A DNA stretch of 48,424 nt from Candidatus Latescibacterota bacterium (GTDB lineage: Bacteria > Latescibacterota > UBA2968 > UBA8231). Under the pieces are notes generated by a model, which made no database searches, was not told the DNA's origin, and saw only the letters and a list, made by a program, of their open reading frames with translations. The translations under genes were made by a program, and so were the position numbers. Shown one piece after another: positions 1 to 10,882 of the stretch; position 1 is the first letter of the stretch; each line of letters opens with the position of its first letter. The DNA is taken from NCBI GenBank assembly GCA_965205655.1, contig CBDBIJ010000121.1:1-48424 (forward strand), in the 5' to 3' direction.

Positions 1-317
1 TCCAGTGTCAGACAGAGCGGCTTTTCGGCCAAGACGTGTTTGCCGGCCTCCAGAGAGCGGATCGTATCCTCTGCCTGCTGGTCCCTGCGCGGACTGCAGA
101 GGCTGATCATGGCAAGCCGATCGTCGGCCAGCAGCGACTCCAGGTCGGGGCGGTGCTCCAAGATCTCTGACAAATAAGGGTGGTCCTGCCGGATCTTGCC
201 GAATTCGGCTTCGGAGACACCGGCGATGGCGCAGATGGAAGCGTCCTTCAATACGGGTGCCAGACCGAGTATCTGGTGGCCGTTCGTTCCATAACAGCCG
301 ATGAGGATTTCCTGCAT
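1..317 (-). CDS. Gfo/Idh/MocA family oxidoreductase (5' part; runs off the window)
   Basis: Manual translation of the minus strand from ATG at 317: MQEILIGCYGTNGHQ...SLEAGKHVLAEKPL. Rossmann-like start, family EKP motif, GGAGG RBS upstream. Not in the ORF track because there is no stop in the window. Confidence 0.85.
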   Translation of the reverse strand, partial: MQEILIGCYGTNGHQILGLAPVLKDASICAIAGVSEAEFGKIRQDHPYLSEILEHRPDLESLLADDRLAMISLCSPRRDQQAEDTIRSLEAGKHVLAEKPLCLTL

Positions 318-459
318 GCGAACCTCCAAAAAAAGCTTGCCAGCCACGTGGCTACCTCTTAATAGTAGGAAGCTGTAATTTGGTGTGAACCAAACAACGA
401 GAAGGTCTTGGAGCGCGCAATAGACCGGCGGCCCTGAAGAGCAGAACTTTTAGGCGAGA

Positions 460-1473
460 TTGCCCATGCAACCGTTCCTTGATTCCACTGCCGTCGTCGG
501 AGACGGGGCTGAGCTCCTGACTCGAATGGAGCGCGATGGCTACCTGTTTGTCCGAGATCTCCTGCCCGCGGATGTCCTCGAAAACTTGAGGATGCAATTC
601 CTCGAGATCGCCAGCGCCGCAGGCTGGGTTGAGCAAGGCGCCCCGCTCGAGAACGCGATTGCCGACTTGAGCGGATTCTGCGTCGAACCGACTCCGGAAT
701 ACATGGATGTCTACGCCCGCATGTATGCCCGTCCGGACTTTCACGCGGTTCAACACCACGCTGCTCTCCTCGGTCTCTTCGAGCGCATGACGGGCGCGGA
801 GATTCTACCGCACCCGCGAATCATCGGGCGCACGATGTTTCCGCAGAGGGAATCCTACACAACGCCAGCGCACCAGGACTTTATCCCGATTCAGGGAACG
901 GCAGACACCTACACCGCCTGGATTCCCCTGAGCGACCTGCCACCGGAGATGGGTGGCCTTCAGATCGCCTCGGAATCACATCGGTACGGGGTTCACGACC
1001 ACAAGCCGGCGTTGGGGGCCGGTGGTATGGCGGTGACGAATCCCCTCGACGGCACCTGGGTCAACAGTCCCTTCGCCCAGGGGGATGTGCTCATGTTCCA
1101 CAGCATGGCCGTACACAAAGGGGTGCAAAACTCGTCCGACCGGCTCCGCATGTCGATGGATGCCAGGTATCAGCGCGTCAGCGAGTCGATCGCTCCGGGA
1201 ACCTTGCTGCCTCACAGCCAGCCGAACACGTGGGAGAGCATCTACGCCGACTGGCCTTCGGAGGAGCTTCAATACTACTGGAAGAAGTGGGACCTCGACG
1301 TGGCGGAGTACGACAACAGCTACTACGACAGGCGCGACGAATTGGCTTTCGAGATGGCGGAAGAAGGCGATGAAACGGCGCGATCGACACTCCAGCGCGT
1401 GGTCGCCCGAGGCTCCGACGCGGCAAAGAGAAAACGGGCAGAGGAACTGCTGGCGAAGCTCGACGGGTCGTGA
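460..1473 (+). CDS. Phytanoyl-CoA dioxygenase (PhyH) family Fe(II)/2-oxoglutarate dioxygenase
   Basis: RDGYLFVRDLL N-terminal motif, HxD (TPAHQD), TAWIPL, GDVLMFHSMAVHKG, RMSMDARY. Start may be the ATG at 466. Confidence 0.88.
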   Translation: MPMQPFLDSTAVVGDGAELLTRMERDGYLFVRDLLPADVLENLRMQFLEIASAAGWVEQGAPLENAIADLSGFCVEPTPEYMDVYARMYARPDFHAVQHHAALLGLFERMTGAEILPHPRIIGRTMFPQRESYTTPAHQDFIPIQGTADTYTAWIPLSDLPPEMGGLQIASESHRYGVHDHKPALGAGGMAVTNPLDGTWVNSPFAQGDVLMFHSMAVHKGVQNSSDRLRMSMDARYQRVSESIAPGTLLPHSQPNTWESIYADWPSEELQYYWKKWDLDVAEYDNSYYDRRDELAFEMAEEGDETARSTLQRVVARGSDAAKRKRAEELLAKLDGS

Positions 1474-1518
1474 GAGGGGCTCGCTCCGCCGCACATCGAA
1501 GTCGATTTCAGCGTGTGA

Positions 1519-1917
1519 TTATGCTCCCAAAGGCTCAAAGCCCAAACAGGTTTTCAGGAACTTTGCTTTCAGCGGCATGCCCACTCTTATCGCTTCGGGA
1601 TTGGTGGTGTCCACTCCCTCTATTCGCGCGTCCACCCGTGGGCCCTCTGCCAATTCGACAACACCGACGCAGTAGGGATTCTCTCGGTCATAACCCTCTG
1701 CGATCATGGAAGCCGGTCCTATCGCGATGCAGGTAAAAGCGGCCAGCACACCGGTGCCACTCATTCCGATCCATTCCATATCACTACCGTGGCACTGTAT
1801 ACAGATGGAACGCGGCGGGGCAAACAGGGCGCTACACGTGCCGCACTTCGAGCCCATGAGCTTTTCTTCCTCGAGAAACTTCCTGTAGGAGATATCGCTG
1901 AAGGGGCGGTCTTCCAC
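1519..1917 (-). CDS. DUF35-type Zn-ribbon/OB-fold protein (thiolase partner)
   Basis: CxxC...PPR..CxxC Zn ribbon, then PYCVGVVELAEGPRV OB-fold; lies directly downstream of a thiolase. Confidence 0.9.
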   Translation of the reverse strand: MEDRPFSDISYRKFLEEEKLMGSKCGTCSALFAPPRSICIQCHGSDMEWIGMSGTGVLAAFTCIAIGPASMIAEGYDRENPYCVGVVELAEGPRVDARIEGVDTTNPEAIRVGMPLKAKFLKTCLGFEPLGA

Positions 1918-1920
1918 TCC

Positions 1921-3189
1921 CTATCTCCTCGCAAGAATGGTAACAGAGCTCGTGCCGCCCGTACCTCCCAGATTGTGGGCCGCACCTATTCGCAAACTGT
2001 CGTTGGGAATCTGCCGATCACCCGCCATCCCTTTCAACTGGGTCCATACCTCAAAAAGCTGCGCTATCCCGGTGGCACCCACAGGATGCCCTTTGCACTT
2101 GAGTCCTCCGGAAGTGTTGATGGGCATGGAGCCATCCAGTCTGGTCAGGCCCTCCTCGACAGCCTTGAATCCCTCTCCGGGATCAAAAAAACCGAGATCT
2201 TCGATGTGTAGAATCTCCGCTATGGAAAAGCAATCGTGGACCTCCGCAAACTGGATATCATCAGGTTTGAGGCCCGCCATCTCACACGCTTCCTTCGCCG
2301 CATGTTTCGTCGCCTCGAAAGAGGTGAGATCATCGCATGCATGGAGCCCCCTGCCGCTGCCCTGGCCGATACCGACGACATCAATAGCATCGTCGGTGAA
2401 GTTATCAGCCAGCTCGCTCGCCACGAGCAGCATGCAACTGGCGCCATCGCTGATAGGGCAGCAGTCGAACAGGTGGATCGGCCAGGCAACCATCGGATTC
2501 GCCGCAGGATCGTGGAGAAACTCCATTTCATCATTCCACGATGGAAGCGGTTTTCCTCTTTGCCGCGCCCTTTCGATCTTTCCGTCCATCATATCCCGAA
2601 TCGAGACATTGTACTGGGCATTCGGATTCAGCCGGGCGTTGTCGTGGCTCTTTATCGTCACGTTCATGAGGTGCTCACGGTTCGCCCCGTACCTGGCGAA
2701 ATACGCTGTGGCTATCGCTCCGAAGACACCGGGAAAGGTGAAACCCACTTCACTCTCATAGGGAAGGCCCGCCAGGACGAGCCCTTCTGTAACTTGCTCC
2801 GTCGTCAGCTTCGACATCTCCTCCAGCCCGCCAACGAGGACCATGTCGTAGACTCCCGACGCAATCGCGAGGACGCCTTCACGAAACGCCAGCGCGCTCG
2901 AGGCGCAGGCGCCCTCCGTTCTCGTTACCGGCTTGGGGACCAGTCCTATCAGGTCGGCTACAATAGGACCCCAGTGCCCCTGATGGACAAAAAAGTCATT
3001 GGTGAAATTGCCGAGGTAGAGCGCATCGATTTCTGCAGCGTCTACGCCTTTGTCGATCGAGGCGAGCGTATTTCTGTAGGCGTCGGCAAAGAGATCTTTC
3101 GAATCCCTGTCTGCGAACATGCCGAACTTCGACATGCCCGCCCCGATGACGGCTACGTCCCTCGCGAGCTTTCCGTTCGATCTCTTCAC
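1921..3189 (-). CDS. Thiolase, SCP2/archaeal type (acetyl-CoA acyltransferase family)
   Basis: EGACASS (nucleophile Cys), AEVHDCF, INTSGGL, KGHPVGATG, HNLGG motifs. Confidence 0.92.
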   Translation of the reverse strand: MKRSNGKLARDVAVIGAGMSKFGMFADRDSKDLFADAYRNTLASIDKGVDAAEIDALYLGNFTNDFFVHQGHWGPIVADLIGLVPKPVTRTEGACASSALAFREGVLAIASGVYDMVLVGGLEEMSKLTTEQVTEGLVLAGLPYESEVGFTFPGVFGAIATAYFARYGANREHLMNVTIKSHDNARLNPNAQYNVSIRDMMDGKIERARQRGKPLPSWNDEMEFLHDPAANPMVAWPIHLFDCCPISDGASCMLLVASELADNFTDDAIDVVGIGQGSGRGLHACDDLTSFEATKHAAKEACEMAGLKPDDIQFAEVHDCFSIAEILHIEDLGFFDPGEGFKAVEEGLTRLDGSMPINTSGGLKCKGHPVGATGIAQLFEVWTQLKGMAGDRQIPNDSLRIGAAHNLGGTGGTSSVTILARR

Positions 3190-4913
3190 TTCATCATCTG
3201 TTCCCGCAGAGAGGCTGAGGCTTCCAGGTCCGGCTCGAGCGTCACTTCGTCGAGGACGACGCCGTAGTCGTCTCGCGCGGCGCTCAACGACACCTTGTCG
3301 TCGCGCACATCGCGAGCTACCTCTTCGGGAGCGCGCAGGAGCGGATCGCCCCAGCCCCCACCCCCGGCCTGCCTGTGATGAAGGTACTCACCTTCCGCCA
3401 TGCGCGTCGAAATCATGGTCGGCAACACCTCGTCGCCGTCTTCATGTCGCAACACCGTCATGGAGGCCGTCCCCGGCCGACCCCCTGCGAGGCCGTAGGG
3501 GAGGTGATCGCGACGATCGGAGCGGATCGCCAGGTGGGCATCCCCCTTTAGTAGCGTCCAGGCGCGCTCAATGGCCAGTCCGCCCCTGTACTTGCCAGGA
3601 CCACCGCTGTTGTCAACGAATCCGTAGCGCTCGATGCGGACCGGGTATCCGACCTCTCCATCCTCCACGGGAATGTTGCTGGCCACGTTGGCCGGATTGC
3701 ACAAGCCGTCGTTGCCGTCCCGGTCCGGTCTCGCACCCCACGTCCCGGACAGCAACTCGTAGTAGACGTACGGAGTCCGGTCTGCGTTCTGCCCTGCGAT
3801 GATGACGAGTGAGTTGCCTCCTTCGCCCGCTGCCGGGATGCGGTCCGGCAGCAGGCTCGCCAGTGCCCCGAAGACGACGTCCGTCAGACGGAAGCCGGTG
3901 ATTCCCCTCATCGAAGAAGCGGCGGGCATTTCACCGTGGACGACCGTTCCCTTCGGAGCGATGATCTCGAGGGGCCTGAAAAGCCCGGCAGTGTTCGGAA
4001 TCTCCTCGCGCAGAGCAGATCGCACGGCCAGCGCGACAACGGATGCGGTGAACGAAAGCGTGTTGTTGATAGCCCCGGGAACCTGCGGGTCAGTGCCGGT
4101 GAAATCGGCGGTGAGGGTATCACCGTCGACGGTGATGGTGACGCAGAGTTTGACCGGCGGTCCACCAACGCCGTCGCTGTCCATGTAGTCGGTGAAGCTG
4201 TGGCTGCCGTCAGGCCACGACTTGATCTCCGCCCGTAACAGTCGCTCGGTATAGTCGATGAGGTCAGCCGACCCGGTGATGAAGGTGTCGAGCCCGAAAC
4301 GCTCGATGATGCCGTGCACGGAGCGCTCCCCGATGTGGCAAGCCGAGATCTGCGCGCGCAGGTCTCCCAACGTCATGCTCGGGATGCGCACATTGGCCCG
4401 CATCAAAGAGAAGATCGCCTCGTCGGGTTCGCCCCGGCGGTAGAGCTTGAGCCAGGGAATGCGGAACCCTTCCTGGAATATCTCCGTGTTGTCACAGGCG
4501 GAGCTGCCGGGCAGACGACCGCCGAGGTCCAGATGATGGGCCGTGCTGACGGCAAAGGCTACGCGCTCACCCTCCCAGAAAATCGGCTTGACGATGAAAA
4601 TGTCGGGAATGTGCATGCCGCCGTCGAAAGGGTCGTTCATTATATAGATGTCACCTGAGTCCATATCCTCGCCGAACTTCTCGAACAAGGCCTCCATGGC
4701 GTACGGCACCGTACCCAGATGAAGCGGGATCGTCACCCCCTGGGCGATCATGTCGCCATTCGCATCGCACAGCGAGGTGGCGTAGTCGAGGCAGTCGCGA
4801 ACGATAGTGGAGTAGGCCGTCCGATAGAGGGCCACCGCCATCTCGTCTGCCGCTGAGGCAAGGGCGTTCTGCAGGACTTCCCTGGTTATCGGATCAATTT
4901 GGGCTTCAGTCAT
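3186..4913 (-). CDS. hyuB: Hydantoinase B / oxoprolinase family protein
   Basis: IDPITREVLQN, NDPFDGGMHIPD, HHLDLGG..PGS, GGPGKYRGG, GGGGWGDP motifs. ATG at 4913 overlaps the stop of the A subunit. Confidence 0.9.
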   Translation of the reverse strand: MTEAQIDPITREVLQNALASAADEMAVALYRTAYSTIVRDCLDYATSLCDANGDMIAQGVTIPLHLGTVPYAMEALFEKFGEDMDSGDIYIMNDPFDGGMHIPDIFIVKPIFWEGERVAFAVSTAHHLDLGGRLPGSSACDNTEIFQEGFRIPWLKLYRRGEPDEAIFSLMRANVRIPSMTLGDLRAQISACHIGERSVHGIIERFGLDTFITGSADLIDYTERLLRAEIKSWPDGSHSFTDYMDSDGVGGPPVKLCVTITVDGDTLTADFTGTDPQVPGAINNTLSFTASVVALAVRSALREEIPNTAGLFRPLEIIAPKGTVVHGEMPAASSMRGITGFRLTDVVFGALASLLPDRIPAAGEGGNSLVIIAGQNADRTPYVYYELLSGTWGARPDRDGNDGLCNPANVASNIPVEDGEVGYPVRIERYGFVDNSGGPGKYRGGLAIERAWTLLKGDAHLAIRSDRRDHLPYGLAGGRPGTASMTVLRHEDGDEVLPTMISTRMAEGEYLHHRQAGGGGWGDPLLRAPEEVARDVRDDKVSLSAARDDYGVVLDEVTLEPDLEASASLREQMMK

Positions 4914-7018
4914 TGCCGGCAATCTCCATCGCGATGTTGCCGCTGTCGTCGACGCTGGCGCCCGTTCCGGGCGGGATCACGATTGTCGTGTCGTACTCGT
5001 CGATGAGCAAGGGTCCATCCAGCGCCGACTCGGACAGATCGCTTCTGCGCACGACCGAGGCCTCGACGCTGCCCCACTCCGACCCGAAGTAGGCGAGGCG
5101 AGAGCCTGTCGCCGCCTCTGTCGGCGCGACCACCTGCGCGACCCGATGTCCGAGGCTGTCCACACTACGCTCGCGCCCCACGAGGCGCAGAGCGGTGATT
5201 TCCATAGGATTGTCCGGATCCGAGCGATGACCGTATTGGCGCTCGTGCTCCGACTCGAACGAGTGCTCGATCGCGGGGATCGTCTGCGGCGATATCGGTC
5301 CGTCGAGAGAGAGGGGGATTCGAATCTCCGACGTCTGACCCTTGAATCTGACATCGACACTGCAGGTCAGCTCCACCTTGGCTGCGGCGAATCCCTCCCG
5401 GTCGAACTGTTGCAGGAGTTCCGCCTCGCCGACGCTCCGCATTTGTTCGAGTGGCTCAGCCCGGATGTCTTCCCCCCACAGCAGGCAGCTGCGCACGTGG
5501 TGGTGTTCGACGCCCGACGACAACAGGCCGAGGGCGCTGAACAACCCCGGGAATGTCGGCACGAGGATTCTGTCTATCGCAAGCTCGCGGCCGAGACCGG
5601 CGGCGTGGATGGGCCCGGCGCCGCCGAAGGCGATGAGGACGAAATCGCGCGGATCCCGACCTCGCTCCGTCGACACGGCGCGAAGGGCGCGCATCGTCCG
5701 CGCGTTGGCGATGCGGTGGATACCCTCAGCTGCTTTCAGCAGGCTCATGCCGAGAGGCGAGGCGATCTGATCCTGAACGCAGCGGCAGGCCGCGTCGAAG
5801 TCGATGCTCACCTGCCCATCGGCGAGCTCGCCGGGGCGGATGAATCCCAGAGCGACGTTGGCATCGGTCAAAGTGGCCTCGGCGCCACCCTGACCGTAGC
5901 ACACCGGTCCCGGCACGGCACCGGCACTCGAGGGGCCGACGCGCAGTCCGCCGGCGCCGTCGAGGGTAGGCAATGCTGCCGCCACCTGCCCCCACTTCGG
6001 AGATGTCGATGCTCGGCGCTCGGATGAGCTCTCCCGCCCCACCAAGCAAGCCGCCGCTAGATGAGATCGCAGCGCCGACCTCGTACTCAGGACAGTATGA
6101 CAGCTGTCCGTCCTCGATGAGCGCGGCTTTTGCCGTCGTCCCGCCCATGTCGAGGGTGATGACGTTGCCGACGCCGATTGACTGGGCCATCTGCTTCGCC
6201 GCCAGCACACCTGCGGCCGGTCCCGATTCCAGGGCGAAGACGGGACGCAGGGCGGCGTCATCCTCGGGTGTTAGACCGCCGGCCGACTGCATGATGAGCA
6301 GAGGAGCATCGATTCCCAGTTGACCCAGCCCGGTGCGCATAGACTCGAGGTAACTACGCATGACAGGACGCACGTAGGCGTTGACGACCGTCGTCGCCGT
6401 GCGCTCGTACTCCTTGCGCTCAGGCAATATGTCGCAGGAAAGCGAGACATCGGCTGCGGGCAGATTGGCGCGAAGGTATTCGCCCACCTGCTGCTCGTGT
6501 TGCGGGTAGGCATATGAATGAAGGAGGCAGACGGCGACTGAGTCTACATTCTCACGCTCGAGCCTCTGAGTGAGCGCTTGAAGCTCTGAGACATCGATCG
6601 GGATGAGCTCCTCGCCGCTTGCCGACATGCGCTCGGTCAATTCCAGTCGTCGCGAGCGCTCGACCAGCTGCGACGGCTTCTCGAAGAAGAGATCGTAATT
6701 CTGCGGCGCTCGGATGCGGCGCAACTCCAGGACGTCCCGAAACCCACGCGTCGTGATAAGCGAGGTGCTGGCCCCTCGGTGCTGGAGAACGGCATTCGTC
6801 GCAACTGTCGTTCCGTGGGCGACGTCACCCACATCACTACCGACGACCTCGGCGATTTTCAGCAGCTGCTCCACTGCCCTGAGGACTCCCTGCTCGAAGG
6901 CCGGTGGTGTTGACGGCACCTTCAGGGTGTGAATGGCGCCGTCCCTGCAGAGCAGGATGACGTCCGTGAATGTGCCCCCGACGTCAGCGCCTATGCGGAT
7001 GCGGCTCGAGTCTGTCAT
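4906..7018 (-). CDS. hyuA: Hydantoinase A / oxoprolinase family protein, one +1 frameshift near 5964-5966 (probably a sequence error)
   Basis: DVGGTFTD, HGTTVATNA, ESGPAAG, DMGGTT and GAGGGSIA in ORF 5726..7018; VGPSSAGAVPGP and FGGAGPIHA in ORF 4906..6261. Removing one base of the GGG run at 5964-5966 joins them (IAYLDGAG). Confidence 0.88.
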
Positions 7019-7167
7019 GGATAAAGTGGACGGGTCGCGCTACCGTATTGCTCGATGGCCATAAATCATCTTTGGGAGTGAACGAGAGAATGTATGATGT
7101 CTGACACGGACACGATAGAGCCGACGGTCATGAATCCATGCCGCTCCTACCACGCTGCCAAAGGACC

Positions 7168-8358
7168 TCACCCGAGAGCCCCACCCTCCCGCAAATCCCC
7201 AATCTCAGACTCCGCCAGCCCGAATTCACTCAGAATCTCCTCCGTATGCTGACCGAGCGTCGGCGCCGACCTGCGGATGGCACCGGGAGTCTCTGACAGT
7301 TTTACCGGGATACCGATGTTGCGGACGCGACCGGCCGTGGGATGGTCGGTTTCGACATCCATGTCGCGCGCCTGCACATGGGGGTCGGAGTACACTTGAG
7401 AAAAGCTGTAGATGGGACCGCTGGGGACGGCGGCTCGCTCCAGGATATCGAGCCAGTGCGTCGTCGTATTCAGCGGAAAGGTCTCGTCCAGCGTTTCGGC
7501 GAGCGCCTGCAGGTTGACCATGCGGTCGGGATTCGTCGCAAAGCGCGGATCGTCGAGCAGTTCCTCGCGATCGATGGCCCGGCACAGCCGCTCCCAGTTT
7601 GCCTGGTTCGCGGCGCCAATGTTCAGATAGCCATCCGAGGTGCGAAAGGCCTGGTATGGGGCCGACAATCGGTGGGCCGATCCCATGTGTCCGGTGTTCT
7701 CGCCGGTGGCGAAAAACATGGCGGATTCCCAGACGGAATAGGCGATACCGCCCTCCAACAGCGAGGTATCGACGAACTGGCCGCGGCCGGTTTTGAGCCG
7801 GTGGATGTAGGCGCTCAAGATCCCATAGGCGCCGTAAAACCCGGCGTTCAGATCTGTAATAGGCACACCTACTTTGACAGGCGGCGCGTCAGGGTGGCCG
7901 GTGGCGGCCATCATCCCGCTCATGCCCTGGGTCACGAGGTCGAAGCCGCCGCGATCTCGATACGGACCGGTGGCACCGAAGCCGGTGATGTGGCAGTAGA
8001 TGAGGGCCGGGTTCAGTTCACGTACATCGTCGTAGCCCAGGCCGAAGCGTTCCAGCGTGCCGCGCCGAAAATTCTGCACCACGACATCCGACTGGGCGAC
8101 CATGCGGCGCAGCGCATCCCTGGCTGCTTCGACCTTCAGATCGAGCACGATGCCGCGTTTGTTGCGGTTGATGGCCATGAAGGCCGCCGACTCGCCGTTG
8201 ATGAAGGGCGGGCCCATGCGGCGGGAATCGTCGCCGTTGGGCTTTTCGACCTTGATGACGTCGGCGCCCATGTCGGCCAGCAGCATCCCGCAAAAGGGGC
8301 CGGCCATGATCTGGGTATAGTCCAGGACCCGGACGCCGGCGAGGGGGAGCTCTGCCAT
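7168..8358 (-). CDS. CoA-transferase family III (CaiB/BaiF)
   Basis: PLAGVRVLD, AGPFC..LLADMGADVIKVE, NRNKRG, catalytic Asp region PITDLNAG, APTLGQHT. Confidence 0.93.
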   Translation of the reverse strand: MAELPLAGVRVLDYTQIMAGPFCGMLLADMGADVIKVEKPNGDDSRRMGPPFINGESAAFMAINRNKRGIVLDLKVEAARDALRRMVAQSDVVVQNFRRGTLERFGLGYDDVRELNPALIYCHITGFGATGPYRDRGGFDLVTQGMSGMMAATGHPDAPPVKVGVPITDLNAGFYGAYGILSAYIHRLKTGRGQFVDTSLLEGGIAYSVWESAMFFATGENTGHMGSAHRLSAPYQAFRTSDGYLNIGAANQANWERLCRAIDREELLDDPRFATNPDRMVNLQALAETLDETFPLNTTTHWLDILERAAVPSGPIYSFSQVYSDPHVQARDMDVETDHPTAGRVRNIGIPVKLSETPGAIRRSAPTLGQHTEEILSEFGLAESEIGDLREGGALG

Positions 8359-8360
8359 GA

Positions 8361-9149
8361 CTATCTCCCCTCGAACCGCGGGGTCCGCCGTTCGACGAAG
8401 GCGCGACGGCCTTCCTGGAAATCTTCACTGTCGAAGGTGGCGTACGGAAGGTCCGCCTCTTCCGGCGTCAAACCCTTCAACCCGGGGTTTTTCAGAATGA
8501 TTTCGAGCAGTTGCTTGGTGTATTTCTGAGACAGCGGGGCCAACTCGGCCATCTCGCGGGCGAGCTGGTCGGTATAGGTCTGCAGATCGGCCAGAGGAAC
8601 AACCTGGGTGACCAGCCCGATGCGCAGCGCCTCCTCGGCGTCGATCAACCGCGCGCTCAGCAGCAGGTAGGCCGTCGGTCCGGCGCCGATCAGGTTGACG
8701 AGACGGCGCATCTCGACGTATCCCGCCAGAACGTTCAGACGCGCGATGGGAATGCCGAAGCGACTGCCGTCGGCCGCGATGCGGATATCGGTGGCGGTGG
8801 AAAACTCACAGCCACCACCGACGCAGAATCCGTGAATGCGGGAGATGGTGGGCTTCGGCAGCGCGCCGATGGCATCCAGAGCGCCATCGAAGGCCTCCGC
8901 GTAGCGCCGCGCATTGGCTTCGTTGTTGCGATGCTCCTCGAAGTCTTTGATATCGGCCCCGGCAGAAAAGGCTCTATCACCGGCCCCCGCGAACACGATC
9001 ACCCGGACCGCGTCGTCCCGGGCAAGATCCGCGGCCATCCGCTGCAGTGTCAGCCAGCCGTCATAGTTGATGGCGTTGCGCTGATCGGGCCGGTTGAGGG
9101 TCACGGTCGCGATACCGTCTTGTCGATCCAGAAGGATGTCGTCTGACAT
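8361..9149 (-). CDS. Enoyl-CoA hydratase/isomerase (crotonase family)
   Basis: TLNRPDQRNAI, AFSAGADI, GFCVGGGCE, SEDFQEG..AF.E.R.P.F. Start moved to ATG 9149, which has a GGAG RBS. Confidence 0.92.
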   Translation of the reverse strand: MSDDILLDRQDGIATVTLNRPDQRNAINYDGWLTLQRMAADLARDDAVRVIVFAGAGDRAFSAGADIKDFEEHRNNEANARRYAEAFDGALDAIGALPKPTISRIHGFCVGGGCEFSTATDIRIAADGSRFGIPIARLNVLAGYVEMRRLVNLIGAGPTAYLLLSARLIDAEEALRIGLVTQVVPLADLQTYTDQLAREMAELAPLSQKYTKQLLEIILKNPGLKGLTPEEADLPYATFDSEDFQEGRRAFVERRTPRFEGR

Positions 9150-9624
9150 GGGCAGTCTCCGGTTGGAGAGGACTGAGGCGGATATCAGTATGGGGAACAG
9201 TAGGTGGGTTGTCGAGGAGAATGTACAGCGATTTTTCTGTGCTCTCTTGGCGACCCCTCTGAAACAGCGTACCATAGATGGCTCCTGTCAACCGATCGGA
9301 GAAAGAGCCATGGCATCTCCCAGCATCACACGCATCGAGAACGTGTTCTTCGCCTACGAGATTCACGATCTCGGCAGAGACTACAACGGTTTCAACCAGG
9401 TCTACGAGAAGGGAGCCGTTGCGAAGTCGACTGCCTGCGTCGTGCGCCTGCACACGAGCCTCGGCGTAACGGGCGTTTACAGCGGCGGACCGATACCGCC
9501 GGCCGTGGCAAACTACCTGCTGGGGAAGAATCCCTTTCAGCGAGAGCGCATATACAATGATCTGAAACGCGGGTTGCGACACACTGTAAAGCCCTGGGTT
9601 TCTGGACACTGATTTGGCGGATGG

Positions 9625-10532
9625 TCAGGCCGCCTTGGACAACTCCTGCTGGAAGCTCCGGCGCACCTGGTTTGGCGTCTGATAGTTGTGTCGCTCGAGG
9701 AGCCACTTCTCGTTGTAGACTCTCTTGAATTCGAGCAGGGCAAGACGGAGCTCTTCGACCGTGGCAAAGTATCGGACCCACAGGAGATTCTCCTTGAGGG
9801 TGCGGATGAATCGCTCGGAGCAGCCATTGCCCTCCGGGGCACGCACGAAGCTGGGCGACGACTCGATGCCCAGGAAGTCGATCTGTTTCTGGAAGTGGTC
9901 GGACATGTACGCAGAGCCATGATCGTGGCGCAGCTGCAGCCCCCGGCGATACCCTTGTCGCCGCCGCCGAAGTGTTCGCGGACTCCCTGGTGGATCGGCT
10001 CCAGGGCCTCGAAACGGTCGCCTGTGGCCGCTGCATGAATGCCGATGCACTCCGAGCTGCAGTGGTCGACAGCCACGAAGACCGTAGCTGTGCCTTCGCC
10101 GGTGGTCACGGTGGTGGTCAAGTCGGTTCCCCACATCTGGTCTGGTCGCTCGGTGGTGATCGTCCCGTCGTGTGCTTGCGGGCCCCTTGGCTGGCCGGCG
10201 CGTTGCGGCACCTGCAGGCCGTGCTCGCGCATCACACGGCGTACGCGTTCCTTCGAGGTGCGGATGTCCTGCGCCCGCAGCTGGGCCCACATCTTGCGGT
10301 AGCCTTCCCCGTGAAAGGGGGACGCCTTCAGCAACTCGCGAATCTTCTCAGCTAGCTCATCGTCGGTACACGGCCCTTGGGGACCTCGTTTCTTCCGCTC
10401 AAGACGCTCCTCCGGACGCAGAGCCGCCCGACGCCGATGCTCGTGGACGGTGGAGCGAGGAAACTGCCAGACCCGACACACACGCTGCAGCCTGTACGGC
10501 CGCTTCCTGGAGGGCGACTGGGTCTGGCTCAT
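9625..10532 (-). CDS. IS3-family OrfB DDE transposase, copy 1 (one base short in the C-run near 9940-9944)
   Basis: WGTDLT, HDHGSAY, GNGCSERFIRTLKE. The C5 run here is C6 in copy 2, which splits the frame. Confidence 0.85.
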
Positions 10533-10882
10533 CGCTTCGACCTCCGGGATGCCAAAGGGAGTCCATCCTCCAGGCGATGGATCTTGGACTCCAGCAACTC
10601 GTTGTCCATCGTCAGATCCCCCACCTTCGCTTTCAGGCGGGCGATCTGTTCATCCCGCTCATCACGGGTACGGCTGTGCAGAGCTGACTCACCCCCACCC
10701 AGGAACTGCTCGCGCCACTCACTCAGCGTGGCTGCCATCACACCCAACTCCCGGGACAGGACCTCCAGGTCCTCCCCACGCAGCAGGCGCAACACCGCCT
10801 CCTGCTTTCGACGAGCGGAGAATCGGCCGACCCGAACACCCTTCTTCTGCTTAGTCATCTCAAACACTCCTTTCAGGTCCAT
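10529..10882 (-). CDS. IS3-family OrfA (HTH), copy 1
   Basis: HTH-like LSRELGV..ATLSEWREQF followed by a leucine-zipper-like segment; stop overlaps the OrfB ATG (ATGA). Confidence 0.85.
   Translation of the reverse strand: MDLKGVFEMTKQKKGVRVGRFSARRKQEAVLRLLRGEDLEVLSRELGVMAATLSEWREQFLGGGESALHSRTRDERDEQIARLKAKVGDLTMDNELLESKIHRLEDGLPLASRRSKR

Noticed and set aside
9585..9590. Outward TTTACA (-35-like) at the IS3 right end forming hybrid promoters
   Set aside because: No plausible -10 hexamer at 16-18 bp spacing in either flank or in the predicted circle junction.
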